The notes under the pieces: generated by a model
What the model saw: the letters and a program-made list of their open reading frames with translations, nothing else
What the model was told of the DNA's origin: nothing
The model's database searches: none
Part shown: positions 32,783-33,593 of the stretch, one piece after another
Layout of the letters: each line of letters starts with the position of its first letter
Numbering within the stretch: the stretch's first letter is position 1
Source of the DNA: Candidatus Woesearchaeota archaeon
Lineage (GTDB): Archaea; Nanobdellota; Nanobdellia; Pacearchaeales; GW2011-AR1
NCBI GenBank assembly: GCA_964466855.1
Contig: CAYXOE010000002.1
Coordinates: 1 to 33,593 of the forward strand
Direction: 5' to 3'
Length of the DNA stretch: 33,593 nt
Program-made: the position numbers and the translations under genes

Positions 32783-33427
32783 TTATCCAAATAAAGGGCC
32801 GCAATAATGTGCATCACACCCCTTCGTTAAAACCTCGTTTAACAGGTCTCTGTTCTTTTTTGCTAGAGGAGAAATCTTGGCACGTCTGTTATTATCAAAT
32901 GCGGCATAACTTGCTAAATCATACTTTTGGGGTTCAAGCCCAAATCCTTCAACAGCTGCTTTTAGAATCTGAGGATTAGTCCTGTTTACTCTTGAAACAT
33001 ACTCGTTAATGAGGCGATTTTCAAATGCATGGACTGCCCAAGTTGCATCATCCAAACATCTCTGCCCGAACCCGTATGGAATGACTTTGAATCTGCCGTA
33101 CCAGGCATGATTTAATTCGTGCATCAAAGCTAAATCTCTCTCATAAAAATCGCAAATGTGCCCCTGTCGGACTAATTCACCTTGGATATTAATTATTTTG
33201 TTTTCATAACTGCAATTTGATTCAAAATGGCCTGAGTCTTCTAATTTCCATCCCTCCTTCAATAAAAAACTGACTGTTTTTTCATCGAATGGATTATCCC
33301 TCAATATCTCGAAAGTCTGGGAGATAAAAAAATGAACATTCGCCTCTTCTCTGTATTTTCTTTCTATCTCTTTTTTTATTTCTTCCAAAGAAGCCTGAAA
33401 AATTAATTTGGATTCTCTACCGTTCAT
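32783..33427 (-). CDS. Hypothetical protein with an HExxH motif (putative zinc metallopeptidase)
   Basis: 214 aa. It has a single 'LMHELNHAW' HExxH motif followed by conserved-looking 'HAFENRLINEY'. I recognise no other family signature. Confidence 0.55.
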   Translation of the reverse strand: MNGRESKLIFQASLEEIKKEIERKYREEANVHFFISQTFEILRDNPFDEKTVSFLLKEGWKLEDSGHFESNCSYENKIINIQGELVRQGHICDFYERDLALMHELNHAWYGRFKVIPYGFGQRCLDDATWAVHAFENRLINEYVSRVNRTNPQILKAAVEGFGLEPQKYDLASYAAFDNNRRAKISPLAKKNRDLLNEVLTKGCDAHYCGPLFG

Positions 33428-33448
33428 AAAATTCCAAATTTCAATATG

Positions 33449-33456
33449 TTTTTAAG
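33449..33456 (-). promoter_or_regulatory. Candidate TATA box CTTAAAAA for the HExxH gene
   Basis: 21 nt upstream of ATG 33427. Confidence 0.4.
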
Positions 33457-33470
33457 AATTTATAGAAAAA

Positions 33471-33591
33471 CGCCCCCGCCAGGAATCGAACCTGGAGGCC
33501 CATAGGGCCCGGTTCTCTTGTTGATTTTTCTCGACAAGTGTTAGGCTTGTCCTAACTCAAGACCGGTGCAATACCATTATGCGACGGAGGC
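33471..33591 (-). tRNA. trnS: tRNA-Ser(UGA) with a 41-nt intron at the canonical 37/38 position
   Basis: Folded by hand:
- acceptor stem GCCTCCG/CGGGGGC with one G-U pair
- T-arm CCAGG-TTCGATT-CCTGG
- anticodon stem CCGGT/ACCGG, loop CUUGAG|A, anticodon at 33557-33559
- 13-nt variable arm (GCCC-TAT-GGGC)
- discriminator G, no encoded CCA, T5 run downstream
- intron about 33515-33555. Confidence 0.85.
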
Positions 33592-33593
33592 TT

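Noticed and set aside
32454-32804. 116-aa minus-strand ORF overlapping the 90-aa plus-strand gene.
   Set aside because: Its Phe/Ser/Ile/Cys-rich translation has no motif. It would overlap both the AI-2E 3' end and the HExxH gene 3' end. The plus-strand 90-aa ORF has normal soluble-protein composition and a correctly spaced TATA-like element.
1-33593. Search for CRISPR arrays, tandem or direct repeats, IS elements, integrases, toxin-antitoxin or restriction-modification genes, and rRNA or other structured RNAs.
   Set aside because: No regularly spaced repeats were seen, and no transposase-, integrase- or nuclease-like ORFs. The only GC-rich non-coding island is the tRNA at 33471-33591. All other GC-rich stretches lie inside conserved r-protein or SecY coding sequence.

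Overview
This is an AT-rich archaeal chromosomal segment of roughly 30-35% GC, judged by eye and by a few 60-nt spot counts. It carries eL19, eL32, eS4, aSUI1, prefoldin and an intron-containing tRNA. Tight gene packing and missing adk and RNase-P-protein slots suggest a small-genome, DPANN-like lineage; that placement is inference. All family calls come from motif recognition in the supplied translations, because no database search was possible.

The window has three blocks:
1. 98-15295 is a 15-gene surface-glycan island. It holds a Wzx-like flippase, two GT2 and two GT4 glycosyltransferases, and an AglH/WecA-like priming GlcNAc-1-P transferase. It also holds a WecB-like 2-epimerase, a PseB/CapE-like 4,6-dehydratase, an RmlD-like reductase, a sugar nucleotidyltransferase, a second SDR and four methyltransferases. 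Two of the methyltransferases are zinc-ribbon NDP-hexose C-methyltransferase paralogs.
2. 15408-31294 is a housekeeping block. It holds a SpoIIM/DUF95 membrane protein, prefoldin alpha, a DUF106 (YidC/Oxa1-like) insertase and SecY. It also holds an almost gap-free ribosomal-protein superoperon (uL3 to uL15 plus aSUI1), preceded by an unrecognised 235-aa gene.
3. 31443-33593 holds an AI-2E permease, a 90-aa protein, an HExxH protein and tRNA-Ser(UGA) with a 41-nt intron.

I found no CRISPR array, transposase, integrase or recognisable defence gene. The best candidates for something new are:
- a non-basic 73-codon gene wedged exactly between uL5 and uS14;
- the paired C-methyltransferase modules, which suggest branched-chain sugars in an archaeon;
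- a G9 homopolymer inside the first committed sugar dehydratase;
- a perfectly centred palindromic TATA box shared by two divergent start codons;
- a near-constant TATA-to-ATG spacing that implies leaderless first cistrons.
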